Assembly: GCA_038128225.1 (NCBI GenBank)
Contig: JAYPJF010000001.1
Location: 2,155 to 66,154, forward strand
Reading direction: 5' to 3'
Length of the DNA: 64,000 bases
From: a bacterium
Lineage (GTDB): Bacteria > Patescibacteriota > Minisyncoccia > Phycocordibacterales > UBA2100
The translations under genes were made by a program, and so were the position numbers. Shown here piece by piece: positions 1 to 8,857 of the stretch. How positions within the stretch are numbered: the first letter of the stretch is position 1; every line of letters starts with the position of its first letter. A model generated the notes under the pieces. It was given only the letters and a program-made list of their open reading frames with translations. It was not told the DNA's origin and did not search any database.

Positions 1-43
1 CACCGACAACTACATTTCAAAAAATGTTTTACGAAATCCGCTC

Positions 44-1213
44 ATGAGAATTTTAGGCATCGAAACTTCATGTGATGAGACCGCGGCGTGCGTGATTGAG
101 GCAACAGGCACGATCGCCTCACACTTTTCATTTTCAGTACGTGGTAATGCGTTGTACTCACAAATCGAAAAACATCGCCCATACGGGGGCGTGTTCCCTA
201 ACCTCGCAAAGCGCGAGCACGCAAAAAACCTTGTACCAATCCTTTTCTCCGCCCTCAAAGAAGCTGAGATGATCACTCCCGCGCGCGCGCCTACCATTTC
301 AAAAGCTGATCTTGATGAGATAAAAACAATCCTCGAGCGTGAGCCGGAACTCTTTAGCCAGCTTGTTCCTTTTTTTGCACAGTATGAAAAGCCGCCGATT
401 GACGCAATCGCGGTCACGTATGGACCAGGACTCGAGCCAGCACTTTGGGTTGGGGTAAATTTTGCGCGCACTCTTTCCCACGCATGGAGTATTCCTGTAG
501 TTTCAGTAAATCACATGGAGGGACATGTGGTCATTGCCGCAATAAAAGAAAGCACCCTGGCTCCCCTTACGTTCCCCGCGCTCGCACTTCTTATTTCGGG
601 AGGCCACACTGAAATTGTCTTAATGAAGGAATGGTTCTCATACGAAAAAATAGGACAAACACGCGACGACGCTGTCGGTGAAGCATTCGACAAAGCAGCC
701 CGTCTTTTAGGACTGCCCTACCCTGGAGGTCCGGAAATATCGCGATTAGCAAAAAAAGCGCGTGAGCAAAATATTCTACCGCCGTTCCCGCTGCCTCGCC
801 CTATGGAAAAAAGTGGTGACTTGGATTTTTCTTTCTCAGGCCTTAAAACTGCTGTGCGGCGCTCAGTTGAATTACTCGGGACAGTCACGGACGCGCATAA
901 ACTAGGAATCGCGCGCGAGTTCGAAGACGCGGTAGCTGATGTGTTAGTCGCAAAAACGCGAGACGCGGTACTACAAACCGGAGCACGCGCGGTACTCCTT
1001 GGCGGAGGTGTTGCAGCAAACCACTATATCGGCGCAAAATTGCAGGCAATGCTTGCTGAAGAATTCGAGGCCACGGCACTTTTCGTATGCCCGCCCATTC
1101 AAGCGACCGACAATGCACTCATGATTGCGCTTGCTGGATATTTTCGAGCATTAAGAAATGAGTTTACTGACCCCACCACAATGCGAGCAAACGGTAATCT
1201 GAAACTTTCTTAA
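44..1213 (+). CDS. tsaD: tRNA N6-adenosine threonylcarbamoyltransferase TsaD
   Basis: ILGIETSCDETA, GPGL, NHMEGH, SGGHT, DDAVGEAFDK, FSFSGLKT and TDNA motifs. Confidence 0.97.
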   Translation: MRILGIETSCDETAACVIEATGTIASHFSFSVRGNALYSQIEKHRPYGGVFPNLAKREHAKNLVPILFSALKEAEMITPARAPTISKADLDEIKTILEREPELFSQLVPFFAQYEKPPIDAIAVTYGPGLEPALWVGVNFARTLSHAWSIPVVSVNHMEGHVVIAAIKESTLAPLTFPALALLISGGHTEIVLMKEWFSYEKIGQTRDDAVGEAFDKAARLLGLPYPGGPEISRLAKKAREQNILPPFPLPRPMEKSGDLDFSFSGLKTAVRRSVELLGTVTDAHKLGIAREFEDAVADVLVAKTRDAVLQTGARAVLLGGGVAANHYIGAKLQAMLAEEFEATALFVCPPIQATDNALMIALAGYFRALRNEFTDPTTMRANGNLKLS

Positions 1214-1240
1214 AGCGGTGCCTGTGCTAGGATGACTCTT

Positions 1241-3448
1241 ATGCCAAAAGACGGCTCAAAACCTAGCAATATTCCTGAGGTCTTTTTGAAGCCATACAAT
1301 GCTGTCGACGAAGAACTTTCGATTCTTGCCTTGTGGGAGAAAAGTGGGTACGCAAACCCGGATGTGTGCATTCAGAAAGGGATCTCCTCCTCAACCGCTG
1401 AACCGTTTTCAATCGTCCTTCCTCCCCCCAATGTTACCGGCACCCTTCACATCGGCCATGCCGCGATGCTTGCCGTAGAAGATATCCTCGTGCGTCATGC
1501 GCGCATGCAAGGAAAACGCACCTTGTGGCTTCCTGGAACCGACCATGCGGCAATCGCAACCCAATCAAAAGTGGAAAAAGAAATGCAAAAAAAAGAAGGT
1601 CTATCGCGCCACGATCTTGGGCGTGAAAAGTTTTTGGAGCGCGTAGTCAAGTTTGCACAAGAAAGCCACGATACGATCGTCGGGCAAGTTACCCGTATTG
1701 GCTCTTCGGTAGACTGGAGTCGCGAAGCATTCACCCTTGATGAGGCGCGAACAAAGGCGGTGCGGACTGCATTTAAAAACATGTACGATGCCGGTCTTAT
1801 TTACCGCGGTCATCGCATCGTAAACTGGGATCCGAAAGGGCAAACCACTATTTCAGACGACGAGATTGTGTACGAAGAACGAAAAGAGAAGTTTTATTAT
1901 CTCAAGTATGGGCCGTTTGTGATTGGAACGGCACGCCCGGAAACTAAGTTCGGTGATAAATACGTGGTCGTGCACCCTGATGATGCTCGATACGCTGACT
2001 ACGCGCACGGACAAGAGATTACGCTTGAGTGGATCAATGGGCCAATTACAGCGACGGTGCTTAAAGACGCTGCCGCAAACCCCGAGTTTGGCACTGGAGC
2101 GATGACCATCACTCCGTGGCACGATGCCACCGACTTTGATATCGCCGAGCGGCACGACCTGAAATACGAACAAGTAATCGATTGGTACGGAAAATTGCTC
2201 CCGATCGCAGGTGAATTCGCGAACATGAAAATTGCCGAGGCGCGAGAAAAAATAATCGAAAAGCTACAGGCAAAAGGTTTGGTGGATCGAGTTGAAGAGT
2301 ACGTGCACAACGTTGCGACTGCAGAACGTACGGGAGCGGTAGTCGAACCTCAAATCAAACTCCAGTGGTTTATTGACGTCGACAAACCGTTCGCGCTCCC
2401 CCACTCGCAGATTAAAGGCATGCTGCCAAACACTGAAACGACACTCAAACGCCTCATGAAAACCGTAGTTGAGACAGGTCAGGTAACCATAGTTCCTGAC
2501 CGTTTTGCAAAAACATATTACAATTGGATCGATAACCTGCGTGATTGGTGTATTAGCCGTCAGATTTGGTATGGACATCGCATTCCCGTGTGGTATCGAG
2601 AAAACGAAGTGTACTGTGGTATTGAAGCACCCGAGGGCGCGGGGTGGGAACAAGATACGGATACATTGGACACGTGGTTTTCCTCTGGGTTATGGACTTT
2701 TTCAACACTCGGCTGGCCAGACCAGACGCAAGATTTAGAAACCTACCACCCAACGACAGTGCTCGAAACCGGGTACGACATCCTTTTCTTTTGGGTTGCG
2801 CGTATGGTACTAATGACCGGTTTTACTATGGGCGCGGTCCCCTTCAAATACGTGTACCTGCATGGACTCGTACGCGATGCGCAAGGGCGCAAAATGAGTA
2901 AATCCCTCGGAAACACGATTGACCCTCTGGAAATGATTGAAAAGTACGGCGCTGACGCGACACGTATGTCGCTCATTGTGGGAGCGCAGCCAGGAAATGA
3001 CATCAAACTCTCTGAAGATCGGATTCGGGGGTACAAGCATTTTGCAAACAAACTATGGAACATTGCCCGCTTTGTGCTTGAGAACACCGAATCATACGAT
3101 CCACAAGCACCGTACACTGCGCATGATGCGAAAATCGCGGCAGAAGCCCAGGAAGTTGTGCGTACTGCACACACGCATATCACCACATTCAGGCTCGACC
3201 TTGCAGCAGACGCTGCATACCACTTTGTGTGGGATCGATTTGCTTCAGAGGTACTCGAGGAGTCAAAAACAATATTCCGAAGTGAAGATATGGAAGCAAA
3301 GCGTTCGCGCGCCCGCCTTTTGTACGAGACTCTTACTCTTATGCTGCGCGTCTTACACCCTTTTGTACCATTTGTGACAGAAGCAATTTGGCAACGGTTG
3401 CCGCGAAAAGAATCCGATGTGTTGATGGTTGCGAAATGGCCACAATAA
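1241..3448 (+). CDS. valS: Valine--tRNA ligase, lacking the C-terminal coiled-coil arm
   Basis: PPPNVTG-HIGH, GTDHAAIATQ, DWCISRQIWYGHRIP, DTWFSS, KMSKS; start placed at the ATG 7 nt after TAGGAT (alternative 1232). Confidence 0.96.
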   Translation: MPKDGSKPSNIPEVFLKPYNAVDEELSILALWEKSGYANPDVCIQKGISSSTAEPFSIVLPPPNVTGTLHIGHAAMLAVEDILVRHARMQGKRTLWLPGTDHAAIATQSKVEKEMQKKEGLSRHDLGREKFLERVVKFAQESHDTIVGQVTRIGSSVDWSREAFTLDEARTKAVRTAFKNMYDAGLIYRGHRIVNWDPKGQTTISDDEIVYEERKEKFYYLKYGPFVIGTARPETKFGDKYVVVHPDDARYADYAHGQEITLEWINGPITATVLKDAAANPEFGTGAMTITPWHDATDFDIAERHDLKYEQVIDWYGKLLPIAGEFANMKIAEAREKIIEKLQAKGLVDRVEEYVHNVATAERTGAVVEPQIKLQWFIDVDKPFALPHSQIKGMLPNTETTLKRLMKTVVETGQVTIVPDRFAKTYYNWIDNLRDWCISRQIWYGHRIPVWYRENEVYCGIEAPEGAGWEQDTDTLDTWFSSGLWTFSTLGWPDQTQDLETYHPTTVLETGYDILFFWVARMVLMTGFTMGAVPFKYVYLHGLVRDAQGRKMSKSLGNTIDPLEMIEKYGADATRMSLIVGAQPGNDIKLSEDRIRGYKHFANKLWNIARFVLENTESYDPQAPYTAHDAKIAAEAQEVVRTAHTHITTFRLDLAADAAYHFVWDRFASEVLEESKTIFRSEDMEAKRSRARLLYETLTLMLRVLHPFVPFVTEAIWQRLPRKESDVLMVAKWPQ

Positions 3449-3466
3449 AAGTGCTAGGATAGATCC

Positions 3467-4147
3467 ATGAACGAGTTTATGTCGATACTTCTCGCCACCG
3501 CAGGCGGGATTTTTCCTGCACTTATTTGGCTTTGGTTTTGGCTGCGCGAGGACATGCGCCACCCCGAACCTCGATATCTTATTGCACTCGCATTTGTTGC
3601 TGGCGCGTTCACTGTCGCTCTGGTCATTCCTATCCAAAAAGTGATCGCAACAATGGTAACGGGGACACTCATTATCTTTGCACTATGGTCCCTAATTGAA
3701 GAGGTGGCAAAGTATATACTTGCGCGTATCACGGTCTTGAATCGACGCGACGCCGACGAGCCGATTGATATGGTCATTTACATGGTGACGGTAGCGCTCG
3801 GGTTTGCCGCGATTGAGAATGCTCTTTTTCTTCTTTCGCCACTTGCAGGAAGTACACCGGTCGAGACATTTTTGACAGGCAACTTGCGCTTCGTCGGGGC
3901 CACACTGCTTCACGTACTTTCTTCAGCAACTGTAGGCGCCTTCCTCGCGTTATCCTTCTACAAAACTAAAAGCCAGAAGGCCGTATACACCGCAATTGGG
4001 ATTATCCTTGCTGCCGCTTTGCATAGTGGGTTCAACTTCCTTATACTGAGAGCTGCCGAAGAGCATTTACTGCGAACCTTTGGACTGGTGTGGGTGGGAG
4101 TGATTGTCATGCTCGCGGTTTTAGAATTCATTAAGCGCTTGCGATAA
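3467..4147 (+). CDS. PrsW-family intramembrane metalloprotease
   Basis: HPEP, EEVAK, GFAAIEN, ATLLH, LHSGFN motifs; multi-TM. Confidence 0.9.
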   Translation: MNEFMSILLATAGGIFPALIWLWFWLREDMRHPEPRYLIALAFVAGAFTVALVIPIQKVIATMVTGTLIIFALWSLIEEVAKYILARITVLNRRDADEPIDMVIYMVTVALGFAAIENALFLLSPLAGSTPVETFLTGNLRFVGATLLHVLSSATVGAFLALSFYKTKSQKAVYTAIGIILAAALHSGFNFLILRAAEEHLLRTFGLVWVGVIVMLAVLEFIKRLR

Positions 4148-4153
4148 CCCCGT

Positions 4154-4654
4154 ATGAAAAAACTCTCTTTACTTGAGCGACTCACTGGCTCTTCTTCACA
4201 AGAGGAGTACGACGACTTTTTTGATACTAATGACCAGAACGCTGGAGTGCCTGTGCGCCAGCAAGAGCGTACACCACAGAAACCGATGCAGCAGGAACAG
4301 CAAACGTGGGAAGAACCCCAAGAAGAGGGTGAACTTGCGGTTGATGTATATCAAACTCCCGAATTTGTAGTTATCAAAGCACTTGTTGCAGGCGTTATTC
4401 CCCAAAACCTAGACATATCACTCACGCGCACTATGGCCACTATACGCGGTGTTCGCGAGGACGAACGCGAAGTGGCGAATGAAAATTATTTCCAAAAAGA
4501 ACTGTATTGGGGAGCGTTTTCGCGTACCATTCTGCTTCCTGAAGAAGTAGATGTAGATTTAGCGGAAGCATACGAAAAACATGGCATTTTGATCATCCGC
4601 CTTCCTAAAATCAACAAATCAAAAGAGACTAAGCTGAAGGTAAAAAGCCGGTAA
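4154..4654 (+). CDS. Hsp20/alpha-crystallin family small heat-shock protein
   Basis: VDVYQT...ELYWGAFSRTILLPEEVD...GILIIRLPK. Confidence 0.92.
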   Translation: MKKLSLLERLTGSSSQEEYDDFFDTNDQNAGVPVRQQERTPQKPMQQEQQTWEEPQEEGELAVDVYQTPEFVVIKALVAGVIPQNLDISLTRTMATIRGVREDEREVANENYFQKELYWGAFSRTILLPEEVDVDLAEAYEKHGILIIRLPKINKSKETKLKVKSR

Positions 4655-4775
4655 TTTTAAAATTGCATTCGCTCAACAAACTGTGACTCGTCCCACATCA
4701 GTCTCTCGGTAAATTTCGAGGTGCCACTACTTGTGTAGATGAAGCCATGACACTGATTACTCACGTAGTATACGG

Positions 4776-4845
4776 GAATCGGGGTGAGGCTTGAGCTCAC
4801 CACCTTTAAGCTTCACAGAGAAGCTTTAGTTACTGAGATGCGTTA
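4776..4845 (-). pseudogene. Degenerate tandem copy of tRNA-Phe
   Basis: Minus strand CTCAGT..AAGC..TGAAG..GGTGGTGAGCTCAAGCCTCACCCCGA aligns along the adjacent tRNA-Phe (GGTCGTGAGTTCGAGTCTCACCCCGA); acceptor stem and T-loop are broken. Confidence 0.6.
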
Positions 4846-4850
4846 CGCAG

Positions 4851-4924
4851 TGCTCGGGGTGAGACTCGAACTCACGACCCTTCGCTCTTCAGGCGAATGC
4901 TCTAACCAACTGAGCTACCCGAGC
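4851..4924 (-). tRNA. tRNA-Phe(GAA)
   Basis: GCTCGGG acceptor stem, anticodon loop CTGAAGA, GTTCGA T-loop; CCA not encoded. Confidence 0.96.
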
Positions 4925-4926
4925 TT

Positions 4927-5259
4927 CTATTCACCAAGCGTACCCTCAGGAAGATACGCTTTGAGTCCGTCCAGAATACCAGAAAGATCAGAAATGGGAA
5001 TATTCACGTTAGCCCCCAAATCTTGCACCTGCTGCATAGATCCCTGTACCTGATTGAGGGTATTCATAGCCTGATTCAGGGTTGGAGCAAGGTATTGTAT
5101 GTAAAGCCAGAGTGGGATTACGATAAACGCAGCCCAAACGAGCAATTTAAACACTCCCCCAATAAACGCGTTGCGGCGCATCGCCTTCAACATGCGGTTA
5201 TTTTCTCGCGCCAGTTCGTATGTGCGCCGCAACCACTCCTCCTGAGTCGGTTCTTGCAT
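4927..5259 (-). CDS. Hypothetical single-TM protein with Gln-rich helical tail
   Basis: 110-aa ORF, one TM, TATACT-N6-ATG start. Confidence 0.75.
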   Translation of the reverse strand: MQEPTQEEWLRRTYELARENNRMLKAMRRNAFIGGVFKLLVWAAFIVIPLWLYIQYLAPTLNQAMNTLNQVQGSMQQVQDLGANVNIPISDLSGILDGLKAYLPEGTLGE

Positions 5260-5282
5260 GGGCAAAGTATACCATCTATAAG

Positions 5283-5354
5283 TGCCCCCGGCAGGAATCG
5301 AACCCACATTGAGCCCTTAGGACGGGCCAGTTCTATCCATTGAACTACAGGGGC
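5283..5354 (-). tRNA. tRNA-Arg(CCT)
   Basis: Cloverleaf GCCCCTG...; anticodon loop GTCCTAA; GTTCGATT T-loop; CCA not encoded. Confidence 0.93.
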
Positions 5355-5368
5355 GTATCGAGACTCTA

Positions 5369-5402
5369 ACACAAAAGCCGCCCTCTCGGGCGGCTTTTGT
5401 GT
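5369..5402. terminator. Intrinsic terminator hairpin
   Basis: ACACAAAAGCCGCCC-TCTC-GGGCGGCTTTTGTGT perfect stem. Confidence 0.8.
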
Positions 5403-5411
5403 GCGCACACA

Positions 5412-5645
5412 TTACAATCCCAGTTTTTGCTTCAATGCATCCTCATCAAAACCAACAATGATCTCATCTCCAATTACGATAACAGGCACCCCCATTTGAC
5501 CGCTCTTTTCGATCATTTCACTACGTTTCTCTAAGTCTGAAGCAACATCATGCTCAGTGTAAGAAACTTTATTTTCATTAAAAAACTCTTTTGCTGCATG
5601 ACAGAAATGACATGTTGGCGTGCTGTAGATCGTTACTTGAGGCAT
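5412..5645 (-). CDS. NrdH/glutaredoxin-like redoxin
   Basis: YSTPTCHFC (CxxC), GQMGVPVI, VGFD. Confidence 0.92.
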   Translation of the reverse strand: MPQVTIYSTPTCHFCHAAKEFFNENKVSYTEHDVASDLEKRSEMIEKSGQMGVPVIVIGDEIIVGFDEDALKQKLGL

Positions 5646-5687
5646 ACGAAGATATATAAAATAATAATGCTTGCCAAGTATACACCA

Positions 5688-5855
5688 TTTGTGCGGGATG
5701 CGGGAATCGGTCACGAGTTTCGCTCTGCGAACCCTCGACCCCGCCTCAGCCCGGCTCGGGCTTCCGGCTTTCGATTCCCACCCTCCGTTACAAAACAACA
5801 GTCATCGTACGCTCACGCGTACTCTTCGTTTGTTTTGTGCGGGATGCGGGAATCG
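5688..5855. repeat. 22-bp direct repeat of the tRNA-Gly 3' end enclosing a hairpin-rich segment
   Basis: TTTGTGCGGGATGCGGGAATCG at 5688-5709 and 5834-5855. Confidence 0.9.
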
Positions 5856-5908
5856 AACCCGCATCTGCTGCTTGGGAAGCAGCCATTCTACCACTAAACT
5901 AATCCCGC
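5838..5908 (-). tRNA. tRNA-Gly(CCC)
   Basis: GCGGGAT acceptor stem, loop TTCCCAA, GTTCGATT T-loop; CCA not encoded. Confidence 0.96.
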
Positions 5909-6010
5909 AATCTTCTTAGAATCTTTTCTGCTCCCGAGTGTCCCCAGGACACTGCTTGTTGCCGCACACGACCACCGCCGAGGAAATTACTATACCAAAA
6001 ACACTCGTCG

Positions 6011-6370
6011 CTACCAGCCAAGCCATCGCCACCACGATTGTGGTTCTTCTGGCACCTCAGAAACCTCTTCGTCAACGACAATAACTACCCCTTCACCTTC
6101 CTTAACAAGCCCGAACCGATCTCGAAGCGCCGCCTCTATGCCTCGGTCGTTTTTGAGTGACGCAATATTCTCACGTAATTCTTTTTCCCGCCCTTCTACG
6201 TTCGTGAGCTCTTTTTGCGCGCGTTCCTGGTACTTTTCCGCCTCTTGAAAACGCAGGTGCATGCCCCACACAGCGCGCATCAGAAGGACAGCTAACACAA
6301 TAAGTACCAGCCACCCAAACCGCTTCCACACAAGCCAGACCGCACGATCCCGTTGCCCCATTTTTTTCAT
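6011..6370 (-). CDS. Septum formation initiator (FtsB/DivIC family)
   Basis: N-terminal TM, coiled coil, IEAALRDRFGLVKEGE motif. Confidence 0.85.
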   Translation of the reverse strand: MKKMGQRDRAVWLVWKRFGWLVLIVLAVLLMRAVWGMHLRFQEAEKYQERAQKELTNVEGREKELRENIASLKNDRGIEAALRDRFGLVKEGEGVVIVVDEEVSEVPEEPQSWWRWLGW

Positions 6371-6394
6371 GTGGTAGTATTCTAGCACTTGAAT

Positions 6395-6514
6395 ATGAGC
6401 TTTTTGTTCCACAAACGCACCAAAAAAGTAGTTCAGTACATCTGGGTTGTTTTGGCAGTACTGATTATTATCTCAATGGTAGTTTTCTTCTCACCGGGAC
6501 TAATTACATTTTAG
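6395..6514 (+). CDS. 39-aa single-TM small protein (not in the ORF track)
   Basis: MSFLFHKRTKKVVQYIWVVLAVLIIISMVVFFSPGLITF: basic N-terminus plus TM, fills the intergenic gap. Confidence 0.7.
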   Translation: MSFLFHKRTKKVVQYIWVVLAVLIIISMVVFFSPGLITF

Positions 6515-6574
6515 TTTGACATACACGAGTAGCCCGATACACTCCACATAGTCAAAAACTGCGAGGAGGAAGAG

Positions 6575-7021
6575 GTGATCTACACTACGCCCCTAAAGAG
6601 TTTTAAACCCGCCTTCCAAACGGTAAGTTGCTGTGTAACGACTGGCGAAGAGATGCTCTTCTTGCATCGTTTACCAACGAAAACGTATGGAAATATGTGG
6701 GGCTTCCCTACGGGGAAACTGTGGTTAGGCGAGGACGCTGACACAGGCATGCGACGTGAGCTAGAAGAGGAAACCGGAATTTGCGAGGTTCCCCGTTTTT
6801 TCCAAAGCATCTTTGTCCATCCCGCTGACGAATCGCACCCGCAGTTTACGTATCATCTGTACCGGCTTCGCCTTTCAAAACGACCTCTCATTCGCCTCGA
6901 TAGTTCCGAGCACGATGCACACTGCTGGATTTCGACGAACGCGCTCAAATCGTTGGAGCTTGTACCAGATCTTGCCGCATGCATTGAGTTACTCACAAAT
7001 TCGCGAGTACCCACTGTATGA
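6575..7021 (+). CDS. NUDIX hydrolase
   Basis: Nudix box GKLWLGEDADTGMRRELEEETG, SEH; upstream TTGACA..TACACT and GAGGAGG. Confidence 0.88.
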   Translation: MIYTTPLKSFKPAFQTVSCCVTTGEEMLFLHRLPTKTYGNMWGFPTGKLWLGEDADTGMRRELEEETGICEVPRFFQSIFVHPADESHPQFTYHLYRLRLSKRPLIRLDSSEHDAHCWISTNALKSLELVPDLAACIELLTNSRVPTV

Positions 7022-7031
7022 TATTTCACTT

Positions 7032-7053
7032 GAGAGCGCCTACGGGTGCTCTC
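7032..7053. terminator. Hairpin between convergent NUDIX gene and lepA
   Basis: GAGAGCGCC-TACG-GGTGCTCTC. Confidence 0.6.
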
Positions 7054-7063
7054 GTCGTTTTTA

Positions 7064-8857
7064 TCATTCATCAGATTCGCGCATTACTTTCAAAAACACA
7101 TCATGCGGAATATGTACTTTAGTGCCCCCTAATTCTGCGCGACGCTTCTTACCCTTTTTTTGCTTTTCAAGCAGTTTCATTTTCCGAGTCACGTCGCCAC
7201 CATACAGATACCCCGTGACGTCTTTGCGGCGTGCAGATTTTCTGCGCGCCGCGATAATTCTCCCCATTGCTTTAGCTTGTATCTTGAGTACGAACAGCTG
7301 CTGTGGTAACAACTTTTCAAGGCGCTCAACCATTGCCTCACCCTCTGTCTGTACTTTACGCCGCGAAACAATGCGCGAAAATGCGGGCATCACTTCTTCA
7401 GAAACAAGCACATCCAGGCGCACAACATCCGCCTGCTGCAATCCCATCAGCTCATAAGACAAGGAAGCAAAACCCGATGAGGCGTTTTTAAGTTTGTCGA
7501 AAAAACCGCGCATCATTTCACGAAGCGGCATGCGCGCCACAAGTTCTATACGCCCATCGGGAAGAGTTTCAGTTTTCTCAGTCTCCGCTTCGTGATCGTG
7601 AAGCAGCTGCACAATGGGGCCAAGAAATTCTCCTGGTGTGAAAAGTGAGATACGCACCCACTGTTCGCGCACGGATACAATCGAACCATCATCAGGAAAC
7701 CGCGCAGGAGAATAAATCATGAGCTGCTCGTTATTGCTGCGAGTCACTTCATACACGGTCGTGGGTAGTGTTACCACGAGCTCAAGATCAAATTCTCTGC
7801 GGAGTCGCTCAGTAATAATTTCCAAATGCAACATCCCCAAAAAACCACACCGAAATCCTCGGCCCATAATCCCCGATTGTTCTTCCTCATATGAGAGCGA
7901 AGAGTCGGTGAGCCGCAATCTCTCGAGCGCCTGCTTGAGAAGCGTGAAGTCATCTTGGCTTTCGGGATACACACTCGCCCAAATGACCGGAGCAGGACTT
8001 TGATATCCATGCAATGCCGGGGAAGGTTTTTTTGCTATCGTAACCGTATCGCCGACTGAAGCAATACCTGGTTTCTTGATTCCAGTCACTATATAGCCAA
8101 TGTCGCCGACGTGAAGCGCGTCACTTACAGTCTCGTGTGGTGTAAGCACACCAACCTCAGCCGCAACAAATTCTTCCCCTGAAGCAACAAAACGCAACCG
8201 GTCGCCTTTTTTGAATTGTCCGTCGAAAATGCGGCAGTACACAATAACGCCCCGATGATCTGAGTACGAAAAATCAAACACGAGCGCGCGTGTTTCATCA
8301 GCTCCCGCTTCTGGCGCGGGTATGCGCGCAACAATTGTGTCAAGAAGTTCCGCGACACCCGCTCCGGTTTTCCCCGACGTAAGCAAGATATCTGCTTCTT
8401 CGCACCCCAAAAGCAGCGAAACTTCACTGCGTACATCATTCACGCGCGCATGAGGCGCGTCGATTTTTGACAACACAGGTATGACAACCCGATTAAGTGC
8501 TTTTGCCGTGTTTAATACAGAAAGTGTTTGTGCTTGGATTCCTTGCGTAGCATCCACTAACAACACTACCCCCTCCACCGCTGAAAGCGCACGCGAAACC
8601 TCGTAAGCAAAGTCGACATGTCCTGGGGTATCTATAAGATTGATTGTGTATGCGTCGCCTCCAGCGTGCCACTGCATGCGTACCGGTTGCATCTTAATGG
8701 TAATACCCCGCTCGCGTTCAAGCTCCATTGAATCGAGTATCTGCTCCCGCATGACACGCTTTTCAATAGTTCCTGTCACCTCAAGCATGCGGTCTGCAAG
8801 CGTCGATTTCCCATGGTCAATATGGGCGATGATACTGAAATTGCGAATATGGTTCAT
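7064..8857 (-). CDS. lepA: Elongation factor 4 (LepA)
   Basis: IRNFSIIAHIDHGKSTLADR, DTPGHVDF, GFRCGFLGMLH, RKDVT..YGGDVTRKMKLLEKQKKGK. Confidence 0.97.
   Translation of the reverse strand: MNHIRNFSIIAHIDHGKSTLADRMLEVTGTIEKRVMREQILDSMELERERGITIKMQPVRMQWHAGGDAYTINLIDTPGHVDFAYEVSRALSAVEGVVLLVDATQGIQAQTLSVLNTAKALNRVVIPVLSKIDAPHARVNDVRSEVSLLLGCEEADILLTSGKTGAGVAELLDTIVARIPAPEAGADETRALVFDFSYSDHRGVIVYCRIFDGQFKKGDRLRFVASGEEFVAAEVGVLTPHETVSDALHVGDIGYIVTGIKKPGIASVGDTVTIAKKPSPALHGYQSPAPVIWASVYPESQDDFTLLKQALERLRLTDSSLSYEEEQSGIMGRGFRCGFLGMLHLEIITERLRREFDLELVVTLPTTVYEVTRSNNEQLMIYSPARFPDDGSIVSVREQWVRISLFTPGEFLGPIVQLLHDHEAETEKTETLPDGRIELVARMPLREMMRGFFDKLKNASSGFASLSYELMGLQQADVVRLDVLVSEEVMPAFSRIVSRRKVQTEGEAMVERLEKLLPQQLFVLKIQAKAMGRIIAARRKSARRKDVTGYLYGGDVTRKMKLLEKQKKGKKRRAELGGTKVHIPHDVFLKVMRESDE

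Noticed and set aside
4658-4765. 35-codon minus-strand ORF (VSNQCHGF...) between hsp20 and the tRNA ghost
   Set aside because: Short, no recognisable motif, and the nearby TATACT does not fit the 6-7 nt spacing.
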